The notes under the pieces were generated by a model. The model had not been told where the DNA came from and made no database searches. It worked only from the letters and a program-made list of their open reading frames with translations. A DNA stretch of 53,860 nt from Deltaproteobacteria bacterium (lineage in GTDB: Bacteria > Desulfobacterota > Syntrophobacteria > BM002), in the NCBI GenBank assembly GCA_020347625.1, contig CP070735.1, positions 1,378,020-1,431,879 on the forward strand, written 5' to 3'. This document shows positions 43,593-52,893 of the stretch, one piece after another. The position numbers and the translations under genes are program-made. Within the stretch, counting starts at the first letter, position 1; every line of letters begins with the position of its first letter.

Positions 43593-44381
43593 ATGGATTG
43601 CCTAAAGTACCACGCACAGTTTACCGCCTACCTGGACGGTGATCTTCAACCAGAAGAGCGCAAGGCAATGGAGTCTCACCTTAAAGAATGTTTGCTCTGC
43701 TACCGCAAATGGCATTCCCTGCAAAAAATGCAGGCAGTTTTAAGCCGGTTGCCGGATCTTGATCCTCCCGAGCACCTCAGTGGACTGGTAATGGCGAGGC
43801 TGAGGGAGCGCCAGTTCCGTCAAAGCTTCTGGCCAGTTGCTATCACCCCCCGTTGGTTGCCCCTGGGGGTTGGTGTAGCGGCACTATTGTCTGTTTTCCT
43901 CATAATTTGGCAGCTCGTGCCCTCACCATTGCCCGTGCCAGCACCTGCAGACCAGAAGAGAATGATCACGAGAACCGGTCCCTCCGAGCAGTCCGTAGCT
44001 ACAGTCAAGACAACTGAGCGCAATCTTGGCTCCACTGGCCCGGTGATGGTCCTCAAGGTCAAGGACTTCTCCAGGGTGAATCAACAATTGGAAGCTATGT
44101 TACGGGCGTTTTCCCAATCCATGGCGCAGGAGCGGGAATCGATCCGGCCTGTCCGTTCTAGCTCAGCTCGCCTGATTGATGTTCAGGTTCCAGGCCAACA
44201 ATTTCAAGATCTGATCCGCGAATTGCATAAGATGGGCCATCTGGACCCAGGCCAGCTAGATAGCCAGGAGTTTTCTTCTCCCCGCCAGACTAAGGCCATT
44301 TCCATTCGTATCATTGTGGTCAGTAACGGAAAGGACACTGAGGTCCTGAGGCAGGTCCATACCGCTCCAAATCAGGAATAA
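43593..44381 (+). CDS. anti-sigma factor (zf-HC2 type, single TM)
   Basis: H-x3-C-x2-C motif in MESHLKECLLCYRKW. TM segment WLPLGVGVAALLSVFLIIW. Starts 4 nt after the sigma stop. Confidence 0.8.
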   Translation: MDCLKYHAQFTAYLDGDLQPEERKAMESHLKECLLCYRKWHSLQKMQAVLSRLPDLDPPEHLSGLVMARLRERQFRQSFWPVAITPRWLPLGVGVAALLSVFLIIWQLVPSPLPVPAPADQKRMITRTGPSEQSVATVKTTERNLGSTGPVMVLKVKDFSRVNQQLEAMLRAFSQSMAQERESIRPVRSSSARLIDVQVPGQQFQDLIRELHKMGHLDPGQLDSQEFSSPRQTKAISIRIIVVSNGKDTEVLRQVHTAPNQE

Positions 44382-44558
44382 ACAATCCAGGTCAAGAAAA
44401 CCCAGCTTTGATCTGCCCCGCAAGGAAGCTCCCCGACCCGACCGCTGATTGAGAAGGAGTCAGCCCTTCTACGAGACCTGTCGACGAGACTTGTCGACGA
44501 GCTCAAGTCGTGTCGCTCAGGGCAGGTAGCTAGAATTCAGGAGACAGGAGAAACCATA

Positions 44559-44699
44559 GGAATATTGGAAGGTTGGAATAATGGAATGATGGGGTAAGGA
44601 TCATTTCAGTTTGTAGATTGCGGATTTCAAGAAAGGCTACCTCTTCCGTTTACCTCTCACGATTCACGATTTAACGCTTGCCGTTTACGCTTTATCGTT
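44559..44699. repeat. period-8 GGAANNNT array, an AGATTGC word, then a period-7 CACGATT/TACGCTT array
   Basis: GGAATATT GGAAGGTT GGAATAAT GGAATGAT (44559-44590). GTAGATTGCGGATTTC (about 44611-44628). CACGATT CACGATT TAACGCT TGCCGTT TACGCTT TATCGTT (44658-44699). Confidence 0.8.
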
Positions 44700-47011
44700 T
44701 ACTCTAATCGCTTCCACCGTGTGCCCTCCGGAGTGTCGATAACCTGGATACCACAATCTAGTAGCGCCTGCCGAAGACGGTCGGCTTCGTCCCAGCGCTT
44801 GTCACGCCTGGCCTCAATCCTGGCCTCCAAAAGTCGGCAAGTATCTTCATCCAATTCCGCTTGGACTCGGTAGATGAGATTGAGCACTGAATCCAACCGT
44901 TCCATAGCCTCCAGCGCAGCTTCCCTCTGGCTCTCACTCAGAAGTCCCCTTGAAATGAATGGATTGAGTTTGCGGATAAAACTGAAGACGGCAGCAAGTG
45001 CTGAAGAGATGTTCAAATCGTCAGCCATCGCCTCGTCAAAATTTTGCTCAACTTCAAAAATGAACTGGTCAACCTCTTCGCCAGCCTCTCCGGTCGACCC
45101 ATGTTGCAGTCTCTGGATAAACTCATCCAAACGTTCCAGGCTCCGGGCTGCTTCCCGCAATCGATCCTCCTCAAAATGCAGGGCTTTGCGGTAGTGGGTG
45201 GCCAGCAACCAGTAACGAATCTGTCTGCCGCTGTAGCCTCGATCTGAGAGCTGCTGGATCGTTACCCTGCCCTCGCCTTCCTTGGACATCTTCTTGCCAC
45301 CCGGCAATACCCGTTCGCAATGGATGAAGTAGTTGGCAAGCGGTTTGCCGCTGGCTGTCTGGCCAATGGCAATCTCGTTTTCATTGTGAGGGAACAAAAA
45401 ATCCAAGCTGCTGGTGTGTATATCTATGGTCTCCCCTAAATATTTCTTGGCCAACGCTACTGTCTCAAGATGCAGTGATGGCAACACATTACCCCAGGAA
45501 GTTTTCAGATAGTTCCCGCTTTTCAGTTCGGCTAAAGTGGCCCGTCTGAGCAGGGTGAAGTCTCGGGGATTCTCTTTCTCGTAGGCTTCAAGATCAACTG
45601 TCTTCCCGAGGCGAATCTTCTGGAGATCCACCCTAGACAGCCGCCCATAGTCCTCAAATTTGGAGATATCAAAATAGACCGAGCGTAACTTCTCGTAGGC
45701 GTAACCTTTTTCCATGAGGCTCTTACTGATCTCCAGTATGTCATCAACATGCTCGCTTGTGCGTGGATAGTAAGTGGCTGGCTGCACACCCAAAATGTCC
45801 AAATCTCGATTGCAGGTCTCAATGCATTGCCTGGCAGCAATGTCAAAAGTCACGCTGTCCACCGCCGAATCCAGAACCGCCTTCTCTCCCATGTCGGTGA
45901 TATTGATCACCTGGGTTACCTCGAAACCCTTCTGCTCCAAATATCGCCGCATGAGATCAGCCACCACAAAACGGCGGCTGTCTCCCAGGTCGAGGGATTC
46001 GCCTACGGTTGGACCGGTGGTGAACAGTGAGATCTTGCCCTCAAAGATCGGCTTGAAGTCTTCTTTTTGGCGGGAGAGTGTATTGTAAAAACGGAAATCT
46101 GGTTCTGAGAGGGTAGTAAACAGATTGGTGCTTAGATAACGCTCGCCACCGTCTGGAAGGATGGCAACAATTGTGCCCTGCTTTAATTCGCTGGCCTTGC
46201 GAAGTGCAGCAGCCATGGCAGCCCCGCCGCTCATTCCCACAAACAAACCCTCCTGTCGGGCCAACCGCCTTGCGGTCTCGAAGGCTTCCGCATCTTCGAT
46301 ATGCACGATCTCATCCAGGATCTCTTTGTCGAATATCCCAGGAACGTAAGACTCTTTCATATTCTTGAGCCCCTGAATCTTGTGCCCCATATATGGCTCA
46401 ACAGCGATCATACAGACGTCTTCTAGATATTCCTTCATGCGTCTGGTAAGGCCAATGGCCGTACCGGTAGTACCAAGAGTCGTTACGACGTGGGTTACCC
46501 TCCCCTCGGTTTGCTCCCAAATTTCGCGGGCGGTGCCAAAATAATGCGCCTTCCAGTTATCTTCGTTGTTGAATTGATCGGGCATGTAATACCGGTCAGG
46601 AAATTGCCGCACAAGCTCATAAACTTTTTCTATGGCTCCGTCAGTACCAAGGGCGCCAGGGGTCAACAGGATCTCCGCCCCCAGTGCCTTGAGTATTTTC
46701 TGGCGTTCTTGGCTGGCGGTCTCGGGCATGGCCAATGTAATAGTGTAGCCTTTCACCGCAGCGACCATAGCCAGGCCGATGCCGGTATTGCCACTTGTGG
46801 CCTCGATGATAGTCCTATCGGGAGTCAACTCGCCCCGTTGTTCGGCTTCCTCGATCATCTGAAGCGCAATTCTGTCCTTTACTGACCCGCCGGGATTCTG
46901 GGCTTCCAGCTTTGCGTAAATCCTTACCTGGGGATTTGGATTGAGGCGGTTGATCAGGATCAGCGGCGTGTTGCCAATCAACTGCAGGACATTATCATAG
47001 ACATTTCCCAT
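44699..47011 (-). CDS. cysteine synthase (CysK/CysM-type, PLP) fused to a full-length but signature-degenerate cysteinyl-tRNA-synthetase-like module
   Basis: N-terminal GGSVKDR (PLP Lys), EATSGNTGIG, LGTTGT and GMSGGAA. From about residue 305, FYNTLSRQKEDFKP (CysRS N-terminus), but DLGD replaces HIGH and KMSKE replaces KMSKS. The CysRS-like anticodon-binding and C-terminal helices are retained. Confidence 0.85.
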   Translation of the reverse strand: MGNVYDNVLQLIGNTPLILINRLNPNPQVRIYAKLEAQNPGGSVKDRIALQMIEEAEQRGELTPDRTIIEATSGNTGIGLAMVAAVKGYTITLAMPETASQERQKILKALGAEILLTPGALGTDGAIEKVYELVRQFPDRYYMPDQFNNEDNWKAHYFGTAREIWEQTEGRVTHVVTTLGTTGTAIGLTRRMKEYLEDVCMIAVEPYMGHKIQGLKNMKESYVPGIFDKEILDEIVHIEDAEAFETARRLARQEGLFVGMSGGAAMAAALRKASELKQGTIVAILPDGGERYLSTNLFTTLSEPDFRFYNTLSRQKEDFKPIFEGKISLFTTGPTVGESLDLGDSRRFVVADLMRRYLEQKGFEVTQVINITDMGEKAVLDSAVDSVTFDIAARQCIETCNRDLDILGVQPATYYPRTSEHVDDILEISKSLMEKGYAYEKLRSVYFDISKFEDYGRLSRVDLQKIRLGKTVDLEAYEKENPRDFTLLRRATLAELKSGNYLKTSWGNVLPSLHLETVALAKKYLGETIDIHTSSLDFLFPHNENEIAIGQTASGKPLANYFIHCERVLPGGKKMSKEGEGRVTIQQLSDRGYSGRQIRYWLLATHYRKALHFEEDRLREAARSLERLDEFIQRLQHGSTGEAGEEVDQFIFEVEQNFDEAMADDLNISSALAAVFSFIRKLNPFISRGLLSESQREAALEAMERLDSVLNLIYRVQAELDEDTCRLLEARIEARRDKRWDEADRLRQALLDCGIQVIDTPEGTRWKRLE

Positions 47012-47225
47012 TTTTTTCCCTGTCAGAAAAGCCTTTGCTGTATTCCACCCGAGTTTCCAGTGGAAATACCCTCTGTGTTCCTACCCGTAGAGGTGAAAAA
47101 ACCATACTCAATAAGCGAAACACTTGCAACAACAAAAGATCTAACCCGCATCTACTTCACTTAAGCTCCATAAATGATTATTATATCCTCTATTGTTCAT
47201 TCATTAATAAGGAGATTTTTGACCC

Positions 47226-47492
47226 ATGCTCATGGATCGGAAGATTTTCAGCCTGAATTTATCCGTGGAGGCCACTTCGGCCTACATTCTCATATGCACC
47301 CTGGCCGATAGCGGTACACCGGTCACCATTGAATCAGCGGAAACATTTTGGAATGGTAGCCCGGAAGCATTGACCCGGGCAATTGAAGAACTCAACCGTC
47401 ACCACATAATCTACGAACAGCTCGACGCTAACAAAATGCGACAGTACTTCGTCAATCCATCCGATCTTTGGAAAACCTCTGTTGTCCAATAA
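47226..47492 (+). CDS. hypothetical small protein (88 aa)
   Basis: ATG preceded by AAGGAG at good spacing. No recognisable motif. Confidence 0.5.
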   Translation: MLMDRKIFSLNLSVEATSAYILICTLADSGTPVTIESAETFWNGSPEALTRAIEELNRHHIIYEQLDANKMRQYFVNPSDLWKTSVVQ

Positions 47493-47503
47493 CTCGTCGA
47501 GAC

Positions 47504-48037
47504 TTATCTTCCAATCTTCGTGGCCAGCTGCTCCTGGCGGTAAATTTCGGCAAGCTCAATGTAATGAGAGGCAGAAGATCTGGCCCGCGCCAGTTCTTTA
47601 TCGTTAACCTCTCGACGTGGCTCGGCAGGCACACCCATGGCCAAGGTCCGAGGAGGGATGCGAGTGGTTTCGGCTACCACAGCCCCGGCAGCAACGACTG
47701 CTTCTGATCCCACGTAACAGCCATCCAACAGAACAGCACCCATACCAATGAGACAGCCGTCTTCAATTGTGCAGCCATGAATGATGGCACGGTGTCCCAC
47801 AGTAATCCGATTTCCAACGTGCAATGGATGTCTGCCACCTGTTACGTGGAGTACACACTGGTCCTGGATGTTGGTCTGGGACCCGATTCGGATATAGTGC
47901 ACATCAGCTCGAACAATAGTACCGAACCAAATACTTGATTCAGGGCCGATGACCACATCTCCAATAATAACAGCTCCCGGAGCGACGTACACAGTAGGAT
48001 CAATAGCTGGCTGAATACCTTTAAACGAGAGGTTCAT
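47504..48037 (-). CDS. gamma-class carbonic anhydrase family / left-handed beta-helix hexapeptide protein
   Basis: VAPGAVIIGDVVIGPESSIWFGTIVRADVHYIRIGSQTNIQDQCVLHV with hexapeptide periodicity and the conserved His positions. Confidence 0.85.
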   Translation of the reverse strand: MNLSFKGIQPAIDPTVYVAPGAVIIGDVVIGPESSIWFGTIVRADVHYIRIGSQTNIQDQCVLHVTGGRHPLHVGNRITVGHRAIIHGCTIEDGCLIGMGAVLLDGCYVGSEAVVAAGAVVAETTRIPPRTLAMGVPAEPRREVNDKELARARSSASHYIELAEIYRQEQLATKIGR

Positions 48038-48040
48038 CCT

Positions 48041-49597
48041 TCACTCCGCGGTTTTCTCTTTCAGCCCCAGTTGTCGGGCTATTTCCCGGGCAGTAGCTTC
48101 CACAAAGGTTTTGAACTCGTCCGGAGGCAATACTTTACCTGGTGCTGGCAACTTCTTCAATCCCGGAGCCTCAACCAGCGTGGGGAAATTTCTCAACTCT
48201 GTTTTGGGTAGAACCTCATAAGCCGAATCCAGTTCATCGGCAAAGTAACTCTCCTGGAATCCGGAAAATTTAAGGGCGTGTGCTGTGGCATCCAGGATCG
48301 CCACTTCTTCTGCTGTCACAATCCCCGCTTCTCGGGCCCGGCGCAAGCCTGCCAAACACTCACCGCCCTGGGTGCAGGCAATATGCCCGTTCCGGTTGGC
48401 GATAAGTTGGCAGTCCATAATCTCCTGCTCGCTTACCTGGACTACAAATACCCCCGGGCTCCCAGCTACCCTCTCGTAGGCTTCAACCAGCCGTATAACT
48501 CTAGGCATGGAGACAGGATTCCCGATCATGGCCGCCTGGGCAACGCTGGGTCGAACCGTAACCGGGCGGAATACCCGTTTGTTCGGATCCGATTCTTGAT
48601 AGTAGCGGTAAACTGGATCAGCGTGTTCTGACTGTACACCAATAATTCTTGGCAGTTTTTCAATCACCCCAAGATCCTGTAGCTTCAAAAACCCCCCCAT
48701 CACCGCAGTAATATTCCCGGCATTGCCAATGGGTACCAGTACCACCTTACCCTCAAGCTCGTAATCAAAGCTCTGGGCTACCTCGAAAGAGTAAGACTCC
48801 TGTCCCTGGATGCGCCAAGCGTTTTTCGAATTGAGCAGGGCTACATTGTAGTGGTCGGCAAGGTGTTCCACCACCTTCATACAATCATCAAATACTCCGG
48901 GAATCTCAAATACCTGGGCGCCACTGCCCAAAGGTTGGGAAATTTGCTGAGGTGTTACTTTCTTGTGGGGCAGCAGGACGGCCGACTTGACGGTATCGCT
49001 CATGTAGGAAGAGTACAGCGCTGCGGCAGCCGAGGTATCCCCGGTGGAGGCACAAATAGAGAGCACTTCGGTCAATCCCTGACTGCGAACCAGATAGTTC
49101 AGATAACTCAAAGCACAAGCCATACCCCGGTCTTTAAAGGAGGCGCTCGGGTTCTGCCCGTCATTTTTAAAACAAAAATCCAGCCCCGCCCACTCCCGCA
49201 ACGCAATATTAGCCCTGACTATTGGGGTATGGCCCTCCCCTAGGTAGATAACGTCCTCCAAAGGTATCACCGGTGCGATCAGTTCATGAAATAGGAAAAT
49301 CCCCCTCAGTGGTGGTATGTTGAGCATCCTGCGGTAGTCAAAAAGACGTCGCCAGAAGGCACCACTGCGCTCTTTCAACTTTTCCCACTGAAGATCTTCG
49401 ATCAGCAGGACGCTCTTGCAATCGGGGCAGGTATAGAGGAGAGACTCGATGCCAAAGGTTTCTTCACACTCCAGGCACCTATAGATGAGTTCACCTACAG
49501 GCTGGGGCAAAAGGTATGGTCGAATCTCTTCGGGAAAATCTTCAACCCTCATTGACAGCCTCCCAGAACACACTGCACATCGTTTGGTGCGCAGCAT
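48041..49597 (-). CDS. thrC: threonine synthase with an N-terminal zinc-ribbon region
   Basis: NPSASFKDRGMACALS (PLP Lys). N-terminal YRCLECEETF...YTCPDCKSVL plus an extra CAVC pair. ATG start. Lies 3 nt upstream of the gamma-CA gene. Confidence 0.75.
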   Translation of the reverse strand: MLRTKRCAVCSGRLSMRVEDFPEEIRPYLLPQPVGELIYRCLECEETFGIESLLYTCPDCKSVLLIEDLQWEKLKERSGAFWRRLFDYRRMLNIPPLRGIFLFHELIAPVIPLEDVIYLGEGHTPIVRANIALREWAGLDFCFKNDGQNPSASFKDRGMACALSYLNYLVRSQGLTEVLSICASTGDTSAAAALYSSYMSDTVKSAVLLPHKKVTPQQISQPLGSGAQVFEIPGVFDDCMKVVEHLADHYNVALLNSKNAWRIQGQESYSFEVAQSFDYELEGKVVLVPIGNAGNITAVMGGFLKLQDLGVIEKLPRIIGVQSEHADPVYRYYQESDPNKRVFRPVTVRPSVAQAAMIGNPVSMPRVIRLVEAYERVAGSPGVFVVQVSEQEIMDCQLIANRNGHIACTQGGECLAGLRRAREAGIVTAEEVAILDATAHALKFSGFQESYFADELDSAYEVLPKTELRNFPTLVEAPGLKKLPAPGKVLPPDEFKTFVEATAREIARQLGLKEKTAE

Positions 49598-49606
49598 TTT
49601 TTTAAG

Positions 49607-49750
49607 TATTGGAATGATGGAATGTTGGAATAATGGGTTTAAAGGAATAAATTCCCTATTCTATATACGGCGCGACGAAACCATTAAAGATTTAGACGTT
49701 TTCGATTTAATCCCATCATTCCATTGTTCCATTATTCCACTATTCCAATT
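49607..49750. repeat. inverted pair of period-8 arrays (TNNTGGAA / ANNNTTCC) with a spacer of about 75 nt
   Basis: TATTGGAA TGATGGAA TGTTGGAA TAATGGGT (49607-49638) against ATCATTCC ATTGTTCC ATTATTCC ACTATTCC (49715-49746). Confidence 0.8.
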
Positions 49751-50010
49751 GCATTTAGCCGCATATCTCTGAGTTTAGCTCAGAGGTAGGTCCTCCGAGC
49801 CTGGATTATTTGCCACTAACACCTTAGCATACCCAATTCTGGTGGTAATAGCCAACCCGTGGCAGAGGTGGTAAACTTGCACTGCATTTTTTATTCTGGG
49901 GGCAGCAATTCTGTCAAGCGCATTTGCACTGTGTGGTTTTGTCTTGAACAACGACAACCAAACCCACTATACTTGACACCAGACTGACGAACCCTTTAAA
50001 AGGAGAATGT

Positions 50011-50397
50011 ATGATAGACCTGCTTTACATCCGCGATGAGGAAACGCATCCAGAAGGCTCGATCATTTTCGAAGAGGGAGGATTCAGTGATTGGGTCTAC
50101 GTCATCTTGGAAGGCGAGGTCAAAGTCAGCAAGAATACGCCCAGAGGACAAGTTACAGTGGCAAAGCTGGGGGAGGGAGATTTTATCGGTGAACTCGAAT
50201 TCCTGGACATGGGCAAAGAGCCCCGTTCCGCTACTGTGACCGCTGTGGGTGAAGTGAAATTGGGAGTTGTTGATCGCGACAAACTGAGGCGAGAATACGA
50301 CAGTCTTTCCCCAGATTTTCGAAAAATCATCCGCACCCTGGTTCAGCGGCTACGGCGCATAACCATTCAGGCTGCTGCCCTGGCCAGTTCCCGATAA
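50011..50397 (+). CDS. stand-alone cyclic-nucleotide-binding domain protein
   Basis: IFEEGGFSDWVYVILEGEVKV, GDFIGELEFLD and RSATVTAVGEVKL (phosphate-binding cassette). AAGGAG RBS. Confidence 0.85.
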   Translation: MIDLLYIRDEETHPEGSIIFEEGGFSDWVYVILEGEVKVSKNTPRGQVTVAKLGEGDFIGELEFLDMGKEPRSATVTAVGEVKLGVVDRDKLRREYDSLSPDFRKIIRTLVQRLRRITIQAAALASSR

Positions 50398-50407
50398 TTA
50401 CTCGGCT

Positions 50408-51379
50408 ATGGCTTTACTTCCTGTCCTCCCCTCTTGCCAAGCGGTCGTAGAACAGAGCCAATCTGTTTATATCGACCCTACTGCCATATCATACTTTCTC
50501 GACACCAATGCAGCCCTGAAAATACCCCCCCTGCCACAAGGTCCGGCACCATATCATTATTTTGACTCTACAGCCGTCACCGTTCAATGGCTCCTTGTCC
50601 TGGACACTCTCAATCATTGTTTTTGGTCCGAGGTGGGCTCTCCCCTTTGGGAAATCCACTATGAAAATGAGAAACTCTCCGGCTACTGGGCTCTGGCGGC
50701 CAGTCTCAAACGTGCCATGGAGGAGGGGATTCCTCTCACGGAGGCGAAAACCTTGGCCACACTAAAACGTGACACTCTGGTCCACGTCTTTCGAGGCAGT
50801 GGCAAGATCCCTCTTTTCGACGAGCGTTTGGAAAATCTGCGCCAAGTAGGAAAGGTTCTGCTGGATCGATTCCAGGGCAGCTTTATACACGCGCTGGAGG
50901 AAGCCAGGGGCTCGGCCGTCAAACTTGTCCTTTTTCTGGCGGATGAATTTCCCAGCTTCAACGATACAGCCAATTATCATGGAAATACAGTATGTTTTTT
51001 CAAACGAGCTCAGCTGCTTGTCCAAGATTTGTGGTGCACCTTTTCAGGAACCTCCTGGGGAAATTTCCACGACCTGGACGAGCTTACCGCCTTCGCTGAT
51101 TATAAGCTGCCCCAGGTTCTCCGCCATCTGGAAATCATCCGGTATGAATCAAAACTGGCTGCGCAAATCCAAAGATTGGCTCACATTTTGCCAGGCAGTG
51201 CTGAAGAGGTGGAGATCCGAGCCGCGACCATTTGGGCAGTGGAATTGCTCCGTCAGGAAATGGTCAGACGAGGTCAGGAAGTTAACTCCGCCCAATTGGA
51301 CAGCTGGCTCTGGCATTTGGGGCAGAATGATATGTACCGCAGCCTGCCATACCACCGAACCCGGACAATTTTTTATTAA
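50408..51379 (+). CDS. queuosine salvage protein (DUF2419, Qng1-like)
   Basis: LDTLNHCFW, FFKRAQLLVQDLW and LTAFADYKLPQVLRHLEII blocks characteristic of DUF2419. Confidence 0.75.
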   Translation: MALLPVLPSCQAVVEQSQSVYIDPTAISYFLDTNAALKIPPLPQGPAPYHYFDSTAVTVQWLLVLDTLNHCFWSEVGSPLWEIHYENEKLSGYWALAASLKRAMEEGIPLTEAKTLATLKRDTLVHVFRGSGKIPLFDERLENLRQVGKVLLDRFQGSFIHALEEARGSAVKLVLFLADEFPSFNDTANYHGNTVCFFKRAQLLVQDLWCTFSGTSWGNFHDLDELTAFADYKLPQVLRHLEIIRYESKLAAQIQRLAHILPGSAEEVEIRAATIWAVELLRQEMVRRGQEVNSAQLDSWLWHLGQNDMYRSLPYHRTRTIFY

Positions 51380-51438
51380 TCATAGAAAACCTGGGCCAAG
51401 TCAGAACTCAACAGCTTTGCCAGCCTAAGAGGTATCTA

Positions 51439-51459
51439 GCATAGGGCATCGGGCATCGG
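51439..51459. repeat. short period-7 array
   Basis: GCATAGG GCATCGG GCATCGG. Confidence 0.6.
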
Positions 51460-51534
51460 GTAAAGACGGAGGGGGGGCGCAGAGAAAAAACCAGAAAAAT
51501 GTCCTGTTTATGTGAAGTTCATGCAAGTTCCCCC

Positions 51535-51579
51535 AAAAAAAGATCCCCTATCGGCCCGGCGCACAGTGGCCGATAGGGG
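51535..51579 (-). terminator. strong intrinsic terminator oriented for minus-strand transcripts
   Basis: Perfect 12-bp stem CCCCTATCGGCC (51545-51556) / GGCCGATAGGGG (51568-51579) with an 11-nt loop. On the minus strand it is followed by ATCTTTTTTTGGGG. Confidence 0.7.
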
Positions 51580-51801
51580 CAAGGGGCACCAAGGGAGACT
51601 GGCATCTCCCTTATGATGTGTAATTTACATTATTGAGATTTTTTGGTCAAGAAAATTATTGTATCTCTCTGAGAATTTTCCTCATCCTTTTTTAAATTCT
51701 TATAATTCCGATATAATGTTAGCCCGCTGCTTAGCTGGTTATTTCTGCCCTCAGCTGTCCAGTTTGGCATCACCTCAGCAAACCCATCCGCAGCATAGCA
51801 A

Positions 51802-52398
51802 TCAAGCCAGACTTTCAAGTAGCCGACAGAATCCAGTGGCGCTAAAATATGCCATTCTGGTCTCGGGACCGAATGAGATGACATCTTCATCCTCCAAGTT
51901 CATCTTTACAGACGGCGATATTTTCTTGCCGTTGATAAAGGTGCCATTGGTGGAGTTCATGTCCACCAACTGAATTATTTCACTCCCGGGAACCTGACAG
52001 AAGTAAGCGTGAAGTTTTGATACCATTTTGTTTAGAACGACAATGTCGTTGTTGGGCGATCTCCCTACAAACAACATCCTCTCAGATGAGCTTTTATCTC
52101 GCTTTTCCAAGGGGATAACTCGAGCCTGAAGCAGGGGTCCGTTTTCATGACTCTCTGTTTGCGAATCGAGGTCATTTATGTCCAGTTCTGCGATAGTTTC
52201 CACTCTGCCCAATTTTGTTCTGCTGGAGGGTGCCAAGTAACTTTCCAGCAAAAGCGCATGCGGATACGTTGCCAAGAATTCCTCAGGGCCCAATTTTTGA
52301 AGGCTCTTCAGGTAGTCAATGGCCTTTTGGTGATGCACTTCCTCCACAGACTTCTCCTTCGGCTTACCCTCGACGTTCGACATCCTCATACAAAGCAT
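51802..52398 (-). CDS. FHA domain-containing protein
   Basis: C-terminal FVGRSPNNDIVVLNKMVSKLHAYF...VDMNSTNGTFINGKKI...DEDVISFG. Alternative ATGs at 52389 and 52383. Confidence 0.8.
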   Translation of the reverse strand: MLCMRMSNVEGKPKEKSVEEVHHQKAIDYLKSLQKLGPEEFLATYPHALLLESYLAPSSRTKLGRVETIAELDINDLDSQTESHENGPLLQARVIPLEKRDKSSSERMLFVGRSPNNDIVVLNKMVSKLHAYFCQVPGSEIIQLVDMNSTNGTFINGKKISPSVKMNLEDEDVISFGPETRMAYFSATGFCRLLESLA

Positions 52399-52893
52399 GA
52401 TTCATGCCAGAATTACAGAATTCGAGCTCGCCCAGTTGCAGGATATCCACGCCTAAAGCGCGGAACAGGCGGCTTCGATTGACCCCAGGTGGGAAGGTCA
52501 TCGCCAACTCGATCATAGCCAACGTGTTAAATCGCTAAATAGCATACCATTGGTGCACACTTCAATACGGTCTGGTATCCACCACGCCCCTGATATTGCA
52601 ACTTGTTTCACCACATGACACTCCAGCCTTATGAGGTAAGTATTGACCTCTTTGGGGAACAAGGTTTAGCTTGTCGGAAGTGGAAGAAATAGATAGTAAT
52701 TGCGAGGGGTAAACCGTAGACCAAATGCATATAAGCCAGCAATCGCTGGCCAGAAAGAATCATCCCAGTTGTTATCGTTATGTATGCTGGATTCTAAATC
52801 CTCGATTCTCTCTCCTGAAAACTTAGGATTCGCCTTGCCGGCCGAGCAAAATTGACCAACGATTAGGGGAAAGAGGGCTTTATGACCGTTGGC

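Noticed and set aside
51630-51890. 86-aa minus-strand ORF overlapping the 3' end of the FHA gene by 89 nt
   Set aside because: It has no recognisable motif and overlaps a supported gene out of frame. It is not fully excluded, because the transcript probably extends to the terminator at about 51535. It is kept as a note under the signalling-cluster finding.
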